From Chiloscyllium plagiosum (lineage: Eukaryota): 64,000 bases of DNA. Every line of letters starts with the position of its first letter. Within the stretch, counting starts at the first letter, position 1. Where the stretch lies: the NCBI RefSeq assembly GCF_004010195.1, contig NC_057750.1:8537524-8601523 (forward strand). Direction: 5' to 3'. Of the stretch, positions 1-11,330 are shown piece by piece. The notes under the pieces were generated by a model. It was not told the DNA's origin. It worked only from the letters and a program-made list of their open reading frames with translations, and did no database searches. The translations under genes and the position numbers were made by a program.

Positions 1-1045
1 TGTGGGACTTTATCAAAGGCTTTCTGAAAGTCCAGGTACACTACATCTACTGTATTTCCCTCGTCCAACTTCATAGTTACATCCTCAAAAAATTCAAGAA
101 GATTAGTCAAGCATGATTTCCCCTTTATAAATCCATGCTGACTCTGTCCTATCCTGTTACTACTATCCAGATGTGCAGTAATTTCATCCTTTATAATAGA
201 TTCCAGCATCTTTCCCACCACTGAGGTCAGACTAACTGGTCTATAATTTCCTGTTTTCTCTCTCCCACCTTTCTTAAAAAGTGGTACAACATTAGCCATC
301 CTCCAATACACAGGAACTGATCCCGAATCTATCGAACTCTGGAAAATAATCACCAACACATCCACGATTCTCACACCACCTTCTTCAGTACCCTGGGATG
401 TAGACCATCAGGCCCCGGGGACTTTTCAACTTTCAGACCTAACAGTCTCTCCAACACCAATTCCTGGCAAATATAAATTCCCTTAAGTTCAGGTCCTTCA
501 GCCACTGTTACCTCAGGGAGATTGCTTGTGTCTTCCCCAGTGAACACACATCTGAAGTACCAATTCAATTCTTCTGCCATTTCTTTGTTCCCCGTAATAT
601 ATTCCCCTGTTTCTGTCTTCAAAGGCCCAATTTTAGTCTTCACCATTTTTTTGCTTTTCACATACCTAAAAAAAGCTTTTACTATCCTCCCTTATATTAT
701 TGGCCAGTTTATCTTCGTACCTCATTTCTCCTCTGCGTATTTCCTTCTTAGTAATCCTCTGTTGTTCTTTAAAAGCTTCCCAGTCCTCCGTTTTCCCACT
801 TATCTTTGCTATGTTATACTTTTTCTCTTTTAACTTTATATGTTTCTTAACTTCCCTCGTCAGCCACGGCCACCCATGCCTCCTCCTAGGATCTTTCTTC
901 CATTTTGGAATGAACTGATCCTGCAACTTCTGCATTATACACAGAAATATCTGTCATTGTTCTTCCACTGTCATCCCTGCTAAGGTATTGCACCATTGAA
1001 CTTTGGCCAGCTCCTCCCTTTTAGCTCCATAATTCCCTTTATTCA
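1..1045 (-). mobile_element. CR1 LINE ORF2 (RT) fragment, decayed
   Basis: Minus strand encodes KSPGPDGLHPRVLK and, near position 1, VDVVYLDFQKAFDKVP; frameshifted. Confidence 0.93.
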
Positions 1046-1054
1046 ACAGAAATA

Positions 1055-1190
1055 TTCAACAGAAATCCAATATAGTCTCGCACCGAATCCAACGTAGCTC
1101 CCACCCCCCACCCTCCAAGTCAGCCTATCTACACACTGAGTCCATGCCTCTAATATGACCACAACATCGTAGTTCCAAGTACTGATCCAT
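1055..1190 (-). mobile_element. CR1 APE-endonuclease N-terminal fragment
   Basis: Minus strand reads WISTWNYDVVVILEAW, like the CR1 APE start motif (W..YD.IAITETW). Confidence 0.65.
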
Positions 1191-1339
1191 GTTTCGGGTT
1201 GTGCTCATTTTCCTGTTTTCCACTCCCTCCAGTGTTGGGGTGTAGAACAAATGTGCGCAGTTCCATGTGACATCAAGCTGGCTTGGAGGAATTAAATCTG
1301 CTAGTCATCTGAAAGTTTCCTGTCTGCTGGATTGACAAA

Positions 1340-2400
1340 TAAAGCAACAACGAGAATAACTTACCTTTAATGTAATGCCTTTAACACCTTAGGATGCTTC
1401 ACAGGAGTGTTAGCAAGTAAATATTGACACCAAGTTATTTTCCTCCTGTTCTGTGAACTGTTCGCCTGACACACCGTGCCATCAGGAGTGGGTGGAGACA
1501 TCATGATCCAACTCAATCTGAGTTGGAATGTGGGCTGAACTCCACGTTTGTTGATACCAACTTGACCGAAGCTGGCTATCCAACCAACCAACAGCCCCCA
1601 GGAAGTCGCTGTGACGATGTGCACAGTTCCTTATTGAAGTCCAGCGCTGGGGTAGTGATGGGAGAGACTCCAACCTCCTTTCCATCCCAAGACTGACCAA
1701 GAATCCTACTCCTACTGCCTGCCATGTGCGGAAGTATTTGCAGGTTGATAGTCAACCTGTTATGAATGGATCTTTCTTAGCTATTGAAAGTCCTGAATCG
1801 GGACTCAAACCCAAAGATTCTGGCCTACAGGCAGGGTCTCTTCTCTAAGGGTGCTACAAGCGCTGAGTCATAAAAGGAAATAATAGGGCAGATTGATGAA
1901 GGTTTAGGTTTGAAGGCATGTCTTAAATGAGAAGAGTTGAGATAGCAAGGTCTGGGGAAAGAATTCCAGGGGTCATGTCCGAGGGAGGTGGGGGCCTATG
2001 GAGGTACAGGCCGAGGGAGCTAGAGGTTAAGGCAGCTCAAGGCCTCGAGATCTGTGAGGCTAGTCAGCTAGAAGCCTAGGGAGCTGGGGGTCAAGGGAGC
2101 TAAGGCCTAAGAAGTTGGGGGCTACGTAGCTTGGGGCCAAGACACCTGAAGGCACGGCTGCTCATGGCAGGGGGAGTAAAATCAACGTTTATCAAGAGGT
2201 CAGAATTAGCTGAACACCGTGAACTTGAAGGATTATAAGGCTGGAGGTGGTTGCAGTGAAAAGGAGGAGTGATACCATTTTCGGGATTTGAAGAGAAGGA
2301 TAAATTTGAAAGAGGACACTTGACCAGCAAGGGAGGTGTGGTGGATGAATGGGACTTATTATGAGTTGGGCAGCAGAGTTATGGATGATATCAGGGTCAC
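1340..2400 (-). mobile_element. Old L2-type LINE 3' region, interrupted
   Basis: Antisense SSRAFRCLGPKLRS (L2 C-terminal GRAFS..GPKLWNSLP-like) plus an L2-type tail near 1340-1435. Confidence 0.6.
1965..2140. repeat. Degenerate ~15-16 bp tandem repeat inside the L2
   Basis: Units such as gggagctagaggtta, gggagctgggggtcaa, gggagctaaggccta, cgtagcttggggccaa. Confidence 0.55.
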
Positions 2401-2434
2401 AGAGGGTAAGAATGTGGGAGGTTGGCCAATATAT

Positions 2435-2695
2435 ACAATCCTGAGAACTCTGCATCAGTGTTTAAAATTAAGGGGTTACCAATTTAACGTGGAGATGAAA
2501 ATTTTTTTTTCTCACAGAGTCATGAGTCTTTGGAACTCCATCTCTCAAAAGATTTGGAAGCATAAGTTTGGAATAGGGAGAGATTCTTGATGAGCAAGAA
2601 GATGAATGTGAAGCAATCAGATCAGTCATAATGTTGTTGAATGGCAGGCTTGAGAGACCAAATAGCCTATTCCTGCTCTTACTTCATATGTTTGA
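2435..2695 (+). mobile_element. CR1 3' end fragment
   Basis: LKLRGYQFNVEMKIFFSHRVMSLWNS followed by the CR1 3' UTR (gatcagtcat...gaatggc...tcctgctc). Confidence 0.8.
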
Positions 2696-3393
2696 AAGCT
2701 GAAAGCGTGGATAAGGATTTCAAAGGAAGATAAGTTGAGTGAAGAAATGTTTGTGTGGCAAAAATATGCAGTCTTAATGATGGTAAGGATATGCAGTCGG
2801 AAGCTCCTTAAAGTCAAATTGGACATCATGGTTGCTAACAGTCTGGCTCACCTCAGACACTTGGAGTTGGTGACAAGGGTGTGGAGTTTGTAGTGGGGAC
2901 TGAAGTAAATGGAAAACCCAGTTGTAGGAAACTTACTCACAGCACTGAATGTCAAACACTTAGTGTCAGTGGAAGGGGTCAAGAAAAGCTGAGATTTAAT
3001 TAGATTGTGCACTAGGCCATTTGGCCCAAATGCTCCATGTTCGTATTTTTGCTTTATCAAGCTTCCTCCCAATATTGTTAATTTAACCCTTATCGACATC
3101 ACCTTCTATGACTGACATCTCCGTGCTCTCAAGTATACATAAAAAATTCAATGATGCTATTTTGGAGAAGGTCAAGGATTTTGGCCCTTGCTGTTCCATC
3201 CAGTAATTTATCCCAGATGGACATGACTCTCTGACTATATATCACTTTGCTGATTGTGGGAGCTTGCTGCATACGAATTGGCTACTGCATTTCCAACATG
3301 ACAACAGTGAGCACACTTCAACAGTGAACAGAGAAAATAGGAGCAGGATTTGGCCATGTGCTCCTTGAATCTGCTACACCATTCATTATGACC

Positions 3394-3643
3394 GATATGG
3401 GTGCAGATTTGCTCATTTAGCTGGAAGATTCACTTCCAGACATTTCATCACCCTACTAGATAACATCTTCAGTGGGCCTCCAGGCGAAGCACTGTTCATG
3501 ATTCCTGCTTTCTATTTATATGTTTGGGTTGCTTTGGATTGGTGATGTCATTTTCTGTTCTTTTTCTCAGGGGATGGTAGATGGGGTCTAACTCGATGTA
3601 TTTGTTGATAGAGTTCGGGTGGAATGCCATGCATCTAGGAATT
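3394..3643 (-). mobile_element. Penelope-like element 3' end (family P2)
   Basis: Minus strand encodes LDAWHS...SINKYIELDPIYHPLR (PLE C-terminus after GIY-YIG), followed by an HHR motif. Confidence 0.82.
3434..3476 (-). ncRNA. Minimal hammerhead ribozyme motif (decayed copy)
   Basis: Minus strand: ccaCUGAAGA u guuaucu-agu-agggugau GAAA uGUC ugg; stem I cca/ugg. Confidence 0.65.
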
Positions 3644-5171
3644 ATGAGTGATCATTCAACTCAGTAGACTATTCCCATTTCCCCCTCGTGATCCATTTAG
3701 GCCCAAGTGCTATATTCAACTCCTCCTTGCAATCATACAACATTTTGGCCTTGTCCACTTCCTGTGGCAGAGAATTCCACATCTCACCACTCTGTGTGAC
3801 GAAATTTCTCCTCATCTCAGTTTCAAATGATTTACATCTTTAGACTGTGAGTCCTAGTTCTGGGCTCCCCAGTCATTGAGACCATCCTTACTGTATCTAT
3901 GCTGTCTAGACTTGTTAGAAGCCATCAAAGCAAAAAGAAAGGCAATTCATCGAGCACAAAGTGCTTAGCAGCATCCTAAGATTGTGAAAGGTGCTTTAGA
4001 AATGCAAATCTTTCTTTCTCACTGTGGAAGGTGTTGGGTTAAGTCCAGTTGGCTGTCTCTCAGAAACAGCAAGGCTTAATTACTGTATATTAAACCGGTT
4101 AGTGAGGCAATTCAATATCACCCTTGTGGTCTTTACAGCAGATGGTCAGGAGGCAGTGGTAGAAGCAGAGGTCTGGGAGAAAGCTATCCGATTTAGCTAT
4201 CAGCCGTGGAGAGGTGTAGAATGTGAAGAAACCTAAAATAGACAATGAAAGAGAAAGGAAATCAACTTTAATAAAACCAACAGTTTAAATGCGTCCACTG
4301 AAGCATTATAAATACACTCAAAAGTTCCAGGAATTTAACTCTGCAATCCAACCTGACATCTTACTCAGCTTTTGTTTCTTATCTGCGAATGTTCATATTT
4401 ACTTATCGAAAATTTAAGTGCAATTTTTAGTCAGAAAATCCATTCTGAGTTGTCAGAGGGTTAAATGTACAGGGAAATGCCTGCACATCAGTTGCAAAAA
4501 CTGCAGCTCCAGTAATTAAACCGACTGTGCCGTCAGTCGCAGTGACATCAAATAACAAATTCTTGACTAATTGCAATAATTGTCACTGTAATTTTCTTTC
4601 TTGTCTATTTTTCTGCCCCCCCCCCCGCCCAGTTTTAATTTTCTTCTTAATGCAGCTTGTCAATGAATTCCCAGAGGTCACAAAATAATTTTGCACTGAT
4701 AAAACAAAGCAAGGGCAAGATCTGTTTCCAAGCTACAGAAAGTGATGGGAAGTTCCTCTCTTCACTTTGCTCCTCACCGTGATTAACAGTCTTGGTGAGC
4801 ACATTTTCACTGATGTAGCACCATTTCGCCATCTCAGGACATCCCACAGAGAACAACCAATTTCTGAAGCATAGTGGCTCATGTACATTTGGAAAATTCA
4901 CACCAGGATCTCTACAAATTGTGACACATTAATGATCACAAATGCATGTGATATAGCTAATGTAACCCCACTGTTTTAAAAAAGGGGGGAGAGAGAATTT
5001 TAGACCAGTTAACCTGACATAGTGGGGAAATTGCTGGAGTCCATTATTAAAGATTTAATAGTAAATTACTTAGAAAACAAAACTGGATCAGACAGAGTCA
5101 GCATGGATTTATGAAAGGGAAACCATATTTGATAAATTGACTGAAATTTTTCGAGGATGTAACTGGATGCT

Positions 5172-5497
5172 TAGGAGAGGCGTTGGCCTAGTGGTATTAT
5201 AGTTGGACTATTAATCTAGAGACTCTGGATCGTGGAATTTGAATTCATCAAAAATTCTGGAATTAAGAGTCTAATGATGACCATGAATCCATTGTCGATT
5301 GTTGGAAAAGCCCATCTGGTTCACTAATGTCCTTTAGGGTAGGAAACTGCCATCCTTACCTGGCTTGGCCTGGCCTGCATGTGACTCCAGACCCACAGTA
5401 ATGTGGTTGATTCTTAATCACTCTCTGGGCAATTAGGGATGGGCAATAAATGCTGACCGAGCCAGTGATGCTCACATCCTGTGAATGAATAAAAAAA
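5172..5497 (+). mobile_element. tRNA-derived SINE family B
   Basis: A-box-like tggcctagtgg head, shared body (cccatctggttcactaatgtcctttaggg), tail gggcaataaatgctg...gtgaatgaataaaaaa; many copies in window. Confidence 0.85.
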
Positions 5498-5894
5498 CTA
5501 GTAGAGTTGATAAGGGGAGCCAATGGACGTGATTTACTTCGACTCTCAGAACGCTTTTAATAATGTCCCTCATAAGCATGTAAAATTATAGTAAATGGAA
5601 TTGGAGTAGTGTATTGACATGGATTGAGAACGGTGTAGGAATGAACGGGTCTTCTTCCAAGTGGCAGCTAGTGACTAGTGACATACCACAAGGATCAGTG
5701 GTTGGATGCCAGCTGTTCACAATATATATTAATGATTTAGATGAGAGAACTAAATGTGATATCTGTGAATTTGCAATGACACAAAGCCGGGTGGGAGGGT
5801 GAGCTATGAGGAGCAGGCAGTCATGCTTCAGTGTGAATTGGACAAGTTGAGTGAGTGGGCAGATGCATGGCAGATGAACACTTCGGATTGATTC

Positions 5895-6365
5895 CGAGGT
5901 TGAGAAGATTAGTTTATGAGGAGAGATTGAGTAGATTGGGACTATGCTCATTGGAAATAAGAAGAATGAAGGGGGAATCTTAAAGAAACATATAAAATTC
6001 TAAAGGGAGTAGATAATATAGAAGCAGGGAAGTTGTTTCCACTGGCAGGTGAATCTAGACGTAGGGGGCATGGCCTCAAAATAAGGGAGAGCAAATTTAG
6101 GATTGGGTTGAAGAGAAACTTCTTTTTCCAAAGGGTTGTGAATTTGTGGAATTCCCTGTCAGTGAAGCAGTCAAGCCTACCTCATTGAATGTTTTTAAGG
6201 CAAAGGTAAATTTTTGAAGAGTAAAGGAATTAAGGGTTATGGTGAGCAGGTAGATAAGTGGAGCTGAATCCATGAAAAAGATTGGCACTGATCTTATTGA
6301 ATGGTGGAGTGGGCTCAAGGGACCAAATGCCCAACTCCTGCTCCTATTTCTTATGTTCTTATGAA
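5895..6365 (+). mobile_element. Nested CR1 3' fragment
   Basis: RLSRLGLCSLEIRRMKG...RGHGLKIR...RVVNLWNSL, CR1 UTR and (ttatg)-type tail. Confidence 0.85.
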
Positions 6366-6502
6366 CTGTGATATGGGTAATCACTTGGTAGCAAAACAGG
6401 AAGGCAGATTATTAACTGAATAGTGGTAGATTGGGAAAGGGGAAGGTGCGGTGAGACCTGGGTGTCCTCGTACACCAATCATTGAAAGTAAACATGCAGG
6501 TG

Positions 6503-6741
6503 CTGAATTAGAATGGTGCTGGAAAAGCACAGCAACTCAGACAGCATCCAAGGAGCAGGAAAATCGATGTTTCAGACAAAAGCCTTTCATCAGGAATACA
6601 GGTAGCGAGTCTGTTTCAGGACATGGTTGAAGAGCTGCAGGGCAGAGGAAATGATCTAGGATTTGCAGTGGGACAGGGACTCCCTGAGATTTTTGTAGAG
6701 AGAGGAGGAAAACTTCTTCGAGGCAGGCATCCTTGCAAGAG
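6503..6741 (-). mobile_element. Mini-PLE (internally deleted, HHR-bearing), copy 1
   Basis: Reverse complement matches ~12986-13224 including the junction cagactcgctac|ctgtattcctgatga. Confidence 0.9.
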
Positions 6742-7000
6742 ATGAGATGAGGAGAAGCCTTTTCACCCAGAGAGTGGTGAGCCTGTGGAATTCTGTGCCA
6801 CAGAAGGTGGTTCGGGCCAAAACATTGAATGTTTTCAAGAAGGAGTTAGATATAATTCTTAGTGTTAAAGAGATTAAAGGCTGTTGGGTGAAAGCGGAAA
6901 CAGGATATTGAGTTGGATGATCAGCCATATGTATATTGAATGGGGGAGCAGGCTCAAATGACTAAGTGGTCTACTCCTGTTCCAATTTTCCATGTTTCTG
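6742..7000 (+). mobile_element. CR1 3' end
   Basis: EMRRSLFTQRVVSLWNSVPQ followed by CR1 UTR. Confidence 0.85.
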
Positions 7001-7049
7001 TCACTCGGTGCATTTTGTCTGAGGTCAATGTCATCGGCTGTTCCTTGAT

Positions 7050-7600
7050 TGAAGGGACTGCTGAGGGCTACGGATTTCTGTTCTGAGTTCCTGATTCTTG
7101 ATCGATTCCTGACCTGCAGTTCTTTGGGCGAGTGGAGCAGGATATCCTATAAGATAGTGAGGCTAGAGGGTAGGATTTGCTCCCATTTCTTGCCTCCTCT
7201 GGTGTTGCTGTGCATCATTGTTAAGGCCTGGACTTTGAATTTGGACCCTGATGCAGCTTGATGGACATGTTGATGCCATTTTGAACAATTGGTTCCAAGC
7301 TGCTCCATGTTATTAATGTCAAAACTGCTGTGCATCAAGGAGAGCATCCGAGTGCCTTTGAAGTGGTTTCCTCATTCTTCCCTGGGACATTGGCCATTTG
7401 AGACTTGAGAAAATAGGAAATTGCAGGGGAGGGAGACACTTTTGTGCCATGCAGGCAAAGTGTTCGGTCCATTATAGATGGTTTTGCAGGAGCTTTGCCT
7501 CAATGCTTGAGGATTTGAGTTCAAGATAGATGTTCCTTCCATTGAATCCAGAGGATGTGGCAGATTCATTCCAGATAAAATTTCTCTCATACTCTGTCAC
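7050..7600 (-). mobile_element. RTE-clade LINE 3' fragment, old
   Basis: Antisense LPCNFLFSQVSNGQCPR...HFKGTRMLSL...MEQLGTNCSKWHQHVH resembles the RTE C-terminus (LPKQLLF..L..G.R.RG...RFKD.LK...WE.LA.DR..WR). Confidence 0.6.
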
Positions 7601-7929
7601 TGATACATAGTCTAAGTGTCAGTATACAAGAGTGCTTTGAAGGAGTAACATTGATGAGGACACTAGACACTGATGAGAACATTAAATGGTGTGGATGTTC
7701 AGACCAACTATGATTTGCTTAAATGTTGGAATGGGAATGATGGGCAAAATGGCCTCCTCCTGTTTTTACTTTCTTGTATTTTATATGCTCACTGCTGGTG
7801 GACTCTTGATCTCAGTTGAATTCCAGCCTAAACAGCTTTTCATATGGAAGTCCTTCCCAACTACACCCCTTTCATCGTGTTCTCTTATTGTTCCTTTATG
7901 CTCTCCTATCCGCATAACAAGAGAGGAGG

Positions 7930-8375
7930 CAAATAAAGGCAGAAATTGCTGGTGGAACTTGGAAGGTCTGACAGCATGTGTGGGTAGAAAGCAGAGTTAA
8001 TATTTGGTGACTCTTCATCAGAACTGTTAATAGCTAGGAAAAAGTATTAATGCTGAAGCTGAAGGGGTGCGGGCTGGGCGAAAGGGAGAAGTGAGCAGAT
8101 AGGTGGAGACAGAGGTAAAAACAATGACTGCAGATGCTGGAAACCAGATTTTGGATCAGTGGTGCTGGAAGAGCACAGCAATTCAGGCAGCATCCGACGA
8201 GCAGCAAAATCGACGTTTTGGGCAAAAGCCCATCATCAGGGAGACAGAGCCCAAGAGAGAGATATATAAAAGGTGTAGGTAACATAGAGATTATGGAGAG
8301 CAAGGAGGACAAAAGAAAGTCTGAATAAGAGATACAAAGAGCTAAAAGTGAGAAAATGGGTTAGCTGTGCTGAAT
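7930..8375 (-). mobile_element. Older PLE 3' UTR/pLTR (family P3), interrupted
   Basis: gcagaaattgctgg...ggtctgacagcatgtgtgg...gagttaa...gactcttcatcagaac (antisense ctgatgaagagtc). Confidence 0.65.
8115..8239 (-). mobile_element. Young PLE pLTR insertion (family P1b) with 10-bp TSD
   Basis: TSD ggagacagag at 8105-8114 and 8240-8249; HHR motif at 8212-8239 with GAAA mutated to AAAA. Confidence 0.88.
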
Positions 8376-8379
8376 GCAA

Positions 8380-9846
8380 TCCAAATAATGCGCTTGAGAG
8401 TTACAAGTTAGCCAGGAAAGACCTAAAGAGAGAGCTAAGAAGAACCAGGACGGAACATGAGAAGTCATTGGCGGATAGGATCATGGAAAACCCTAAGGCT
8501 TTCTATAGGTATATCAGGAATAAAAGAATGACGAGAGTAAGATTAGGCAGAGTAGTGGGAAGTTGTGCGTGGAGTCAGAGGAGAAAGGGAAAGTGCTAAA
8601 TGAATACTTTATTTATTCACACTGGAAAAAGACAATGTGGTTGAGGAAAATACTGGGATACAGGCTATTAGACTAGATGGGATTGAGGTGCGTAAGGAGG
8701 AGGTGTTAGCAATTCTGGACAGTGTAAAAATAATTAAATCCTCTAGGCCAGACAGGATTTATCCCAGGATTCTCTGGGAAGGCAGGGAGGAGATTGCCGA
8801 AGCTTTGGCTTTGATCTTTATGTCGTCATTGTCTACAGGAACAGTGCCAGAAGACTGAAGGATAGCAAATGTTGTTTCCTTGTTCAAGAAGGGGAGTAGA
8901 AACAAGCCTGAAAATTATAGACCTGTGAGCTTTACTTCGGTTGTGGGTAAAGTGTTGGAAAGGGTATAAGAGATAGGATTTATAATAACCTAGAAAGGAA
9001 TAATTTGATTAGGGATAGTCAACATGGTTTTGTAAAAGTAGGTTGTGCCTCACAAACCTTATTAAGTTCTTTGAGAAGGTGACCAAACACGTGGATAAGG
9101 GTAAAGCAGTTTATGTGGCATATATGGATTTCAGTAAGGCGTTTGGTAAAGTTCCCCACGGTAGGCTATTACACAAAATATGGAGGCATGGGATTGAGGG
9201 TGTTTAACGGTTTGGATCAGAAATTGGCTAGCTCAAAGAAGACAGGGTGGTGGTTGATGGGAAATATTCATCCTGAAGTTCAGTTACTGGTGGTGTACCG
9301 CAAGGATCTGTTTTGGGTCCACTGTTGTTTGTCACTTTTATAAATGATCTCGATGAGAGCATAGAAAGATGGGTTAGTAAATTTGTGGATGACACTAAGG
9401 TCGGTGAAGTTGTGGATAGTGACGAAGGATGTAGTAGGTTACAGAGGGACATAGATAAGCTGCAGAACTGGGCTGAGAAGTGGCAAGTTCAGTGTGGAAA
9501 AGTGTGAGATGAATTACTTTGGAAGGAGTACCAGGAATGCAGAGTACTGGGCTAATGGTAGAATTCTTGGTCGTGTAGATGAGCAGAGAGATCTCGGTAC
9601 GTGGATCCCTGAAAGTTGCAACCCATGTTGATAGGGTTGTTAAGAAAGTATACGGTGTGTTAGCTTTTATTGGAAGAGGGATTGAGTTCAGAACCATGAA
9701 ATCATGCTACAGCTGTACAAAACTCTAGTGTGGCCACATTTGGAGTATTGCATACAGTTCTGGTCATCGCGTTATAGAAAGGATATGGAAGCTTTGGAAA
9801 GGGTTCAGAGGAGATTTACTATGATGTTGCCTGGCATGGAGGGAAG
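8380..9846 (+). mobile_element. CR1 ORF2 RT region; its 3' end is displaced to 12100-12542
   Basis: [60 protein letters not shown], ends at MLPGMEGR. Confidence 0.95.
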
Positions 9847-9963
9847 AGCTGAAAATGTGTTGCTGGAAAAGTGCAGCAGGTCAGGCAGCATCCAGGGAAC
9901 AGGAGAATCCTTGGATGCTGCCTGACCTGCTGCGCTTTTCCAGCAACACATTTTCAGCTCTGA
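9845..9963. mobile_element. Inverted pair of PLE pLTR arms (family P1a)
   Basis: agagctgaaaatgtgttgctgg...catcc and its reverse complement ggatgctgcc...ttttcagctct; junction at ~9909. Confidence 0.9.
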
Positions 9964-10222
9964 TGTTGTATAGGACAGATCTGTCCCCACCAGCACTGTA
10001 CCCCAGTGTTGTACAGTGCAGACCTGTCCCCACAAGTACTGTACCCCAGTGATATACAGTGGCAGCCTGTCCTCACAACTATTGTATCCCAGTGATATAC
10101 AGTCACAGACCTGTCTCACACCAGTAATGTACCCTGATGTTGTATAGGACAGACCTGTCTCCACCAGTACTATACCACAGTGTTGTATAGTGACAGACCT
10201 GTTCCCCTCATACTATACCCTG
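9964..10222. repeat. ~43-bp minisatellite, ~6 copies
   Basis: Unit about tgttgtataggacagacctgtccccaccagtactgtaccccag. Confidence 0.9.
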
Positions 10223-10724
10223 TGTTTTGAAGTGACACATTTCACTCACCCTGTAATTCACTGTCAGGTATCCATTATTCTATATATAACCTGTGTTGAT
10301 CACTAGATGAAATTGTAGCCTATATTTCATACTAAAGTCTATCTGTAGTATTAAGTATGATGATGGGTAAAGAAATAATCAGTCTTTACTTCAGAACAAT
10401 TTAGCTTTCAGTACCCTCCTCCTTCCTCTTCTCCACAACACAAGCACAAAGTTGGCTGTGGAATTCTCTTTCTATGTCTGCTCTTAAAAAAAATCTTTAA
10501 ATGTCTTTTAACTGCAAAAGCAAAGATCCCTGAAATCTATCCCGTTCTTATTATAAATATTGGAGGTTTTTTTTGTTTGCAACACTTTGAGAAAAGCTGA
10601 TACAATGGTTTTTTTTGTTAAGACCAGAGAATTTCAAAGAGCAAAGGATTTGCATCTTTTTATCCATGTTATTTTAAGCACTGATGTAAAGGAAAGGCAG
10701 TCATCTACAGTGTGATTATTGCTG

Positions 10725-11330
10725 AAGAGAGGGACATGTTGGTGAAGTTTTTCATTTTGCATTCATCAGGAGACATGCAAGAATGCCAAATTTCACATGA
10801 AAACAATTTATACTGCAGGAGAAAAGGAAATAAGATTAGCCAGCAAGTCAACGCTGATTAGCCAAGATGTTGCTATGGAGAAAGTAATGGCAGCTGTAAG
10901 CTCCCAAAGCTTTCTGGTAATTCCAGTTGGTGCAAAGGCTGAACACATTCCTTTTATTTACAGAGAACGGGTCCCTATTTATAGATGACTGTCACTTTAA
11001 GGTATCTTAAATTGGTTGTAAGTGTAGCTTTTGACGCACTTGGGATTTTTTAGTTAGTGCTGCCCAATCACAGAATTGCATTAATAATAGTTGTTTTGTT
11101 TTGGGATCTGCAGGTGTGGGCTTTCTGAGTGTGATCTATACCCTGTCTGTTATGACCAACTAGAGTAATGTGCTATTTGGTTTGACTGGACTTTTTGCTG
11201 GGTTGTATGACCTACTTATGTTGCACCAGCTCTGAAAATCTCACGCGAACTTCCTTAATTGTGCATCATGTGACAGGGTACCCCATTTCTGGAAAATTTC
11301 ACTGCATTACCACAGCATGGGAATCAATAA
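10725..11330 (-). mobile_element. Old PLE GIY-YIG/3' end (family P5)
   Basis: Antisense decayed FQ.WCNI..VGHTTQ and CNSVIGQH*LKNPKC motifs; cctgatga...gaaa at ~10745-10770; a related piece lies at ~50140-50440. Confidence 0.6.

Larger units (their letters stand above)
3328..3922 (-). mobile_element. CR1 3' end, split by a PLE insertion
   Basis: Antisense CR1 UTR (aggagcagga...ccattcattatga) resumes at ~3645 (tgatcattcaactcagt...cagagaattccac). Confidence 0.8.
3145..4020 (+). mobile_element. DeuSINE (SacSINE1/AmnSINE1-like), split by a CR1 insertion
   Basis: tgtgggagcttgctg...aattggct...acaacagtga...acacttcaa (to ~3320) resumes at ~3940 with gtgaaaggtgctttagaaatgcaaatctttctttc. Confidence 0.7.
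4950..6502 (+). mobile_element. CR1 ORF2 RT fragment interrupted by a SINE and another CR1
   Basis: ANVTPLF-KKG, RPV, SQHGFMKG, DIPQGSVVGCQLFTIYINDLD, VHQSLKVNMQV. Confidence 0.88.

Noticed and set aside
9964..10222. Possible CRISPR array (also 12851-13035 and 49010-49250)
   Set aside because: Units are contiguous and diverged with no unique spacers, there are no cas genes, and the context is vertebrate.
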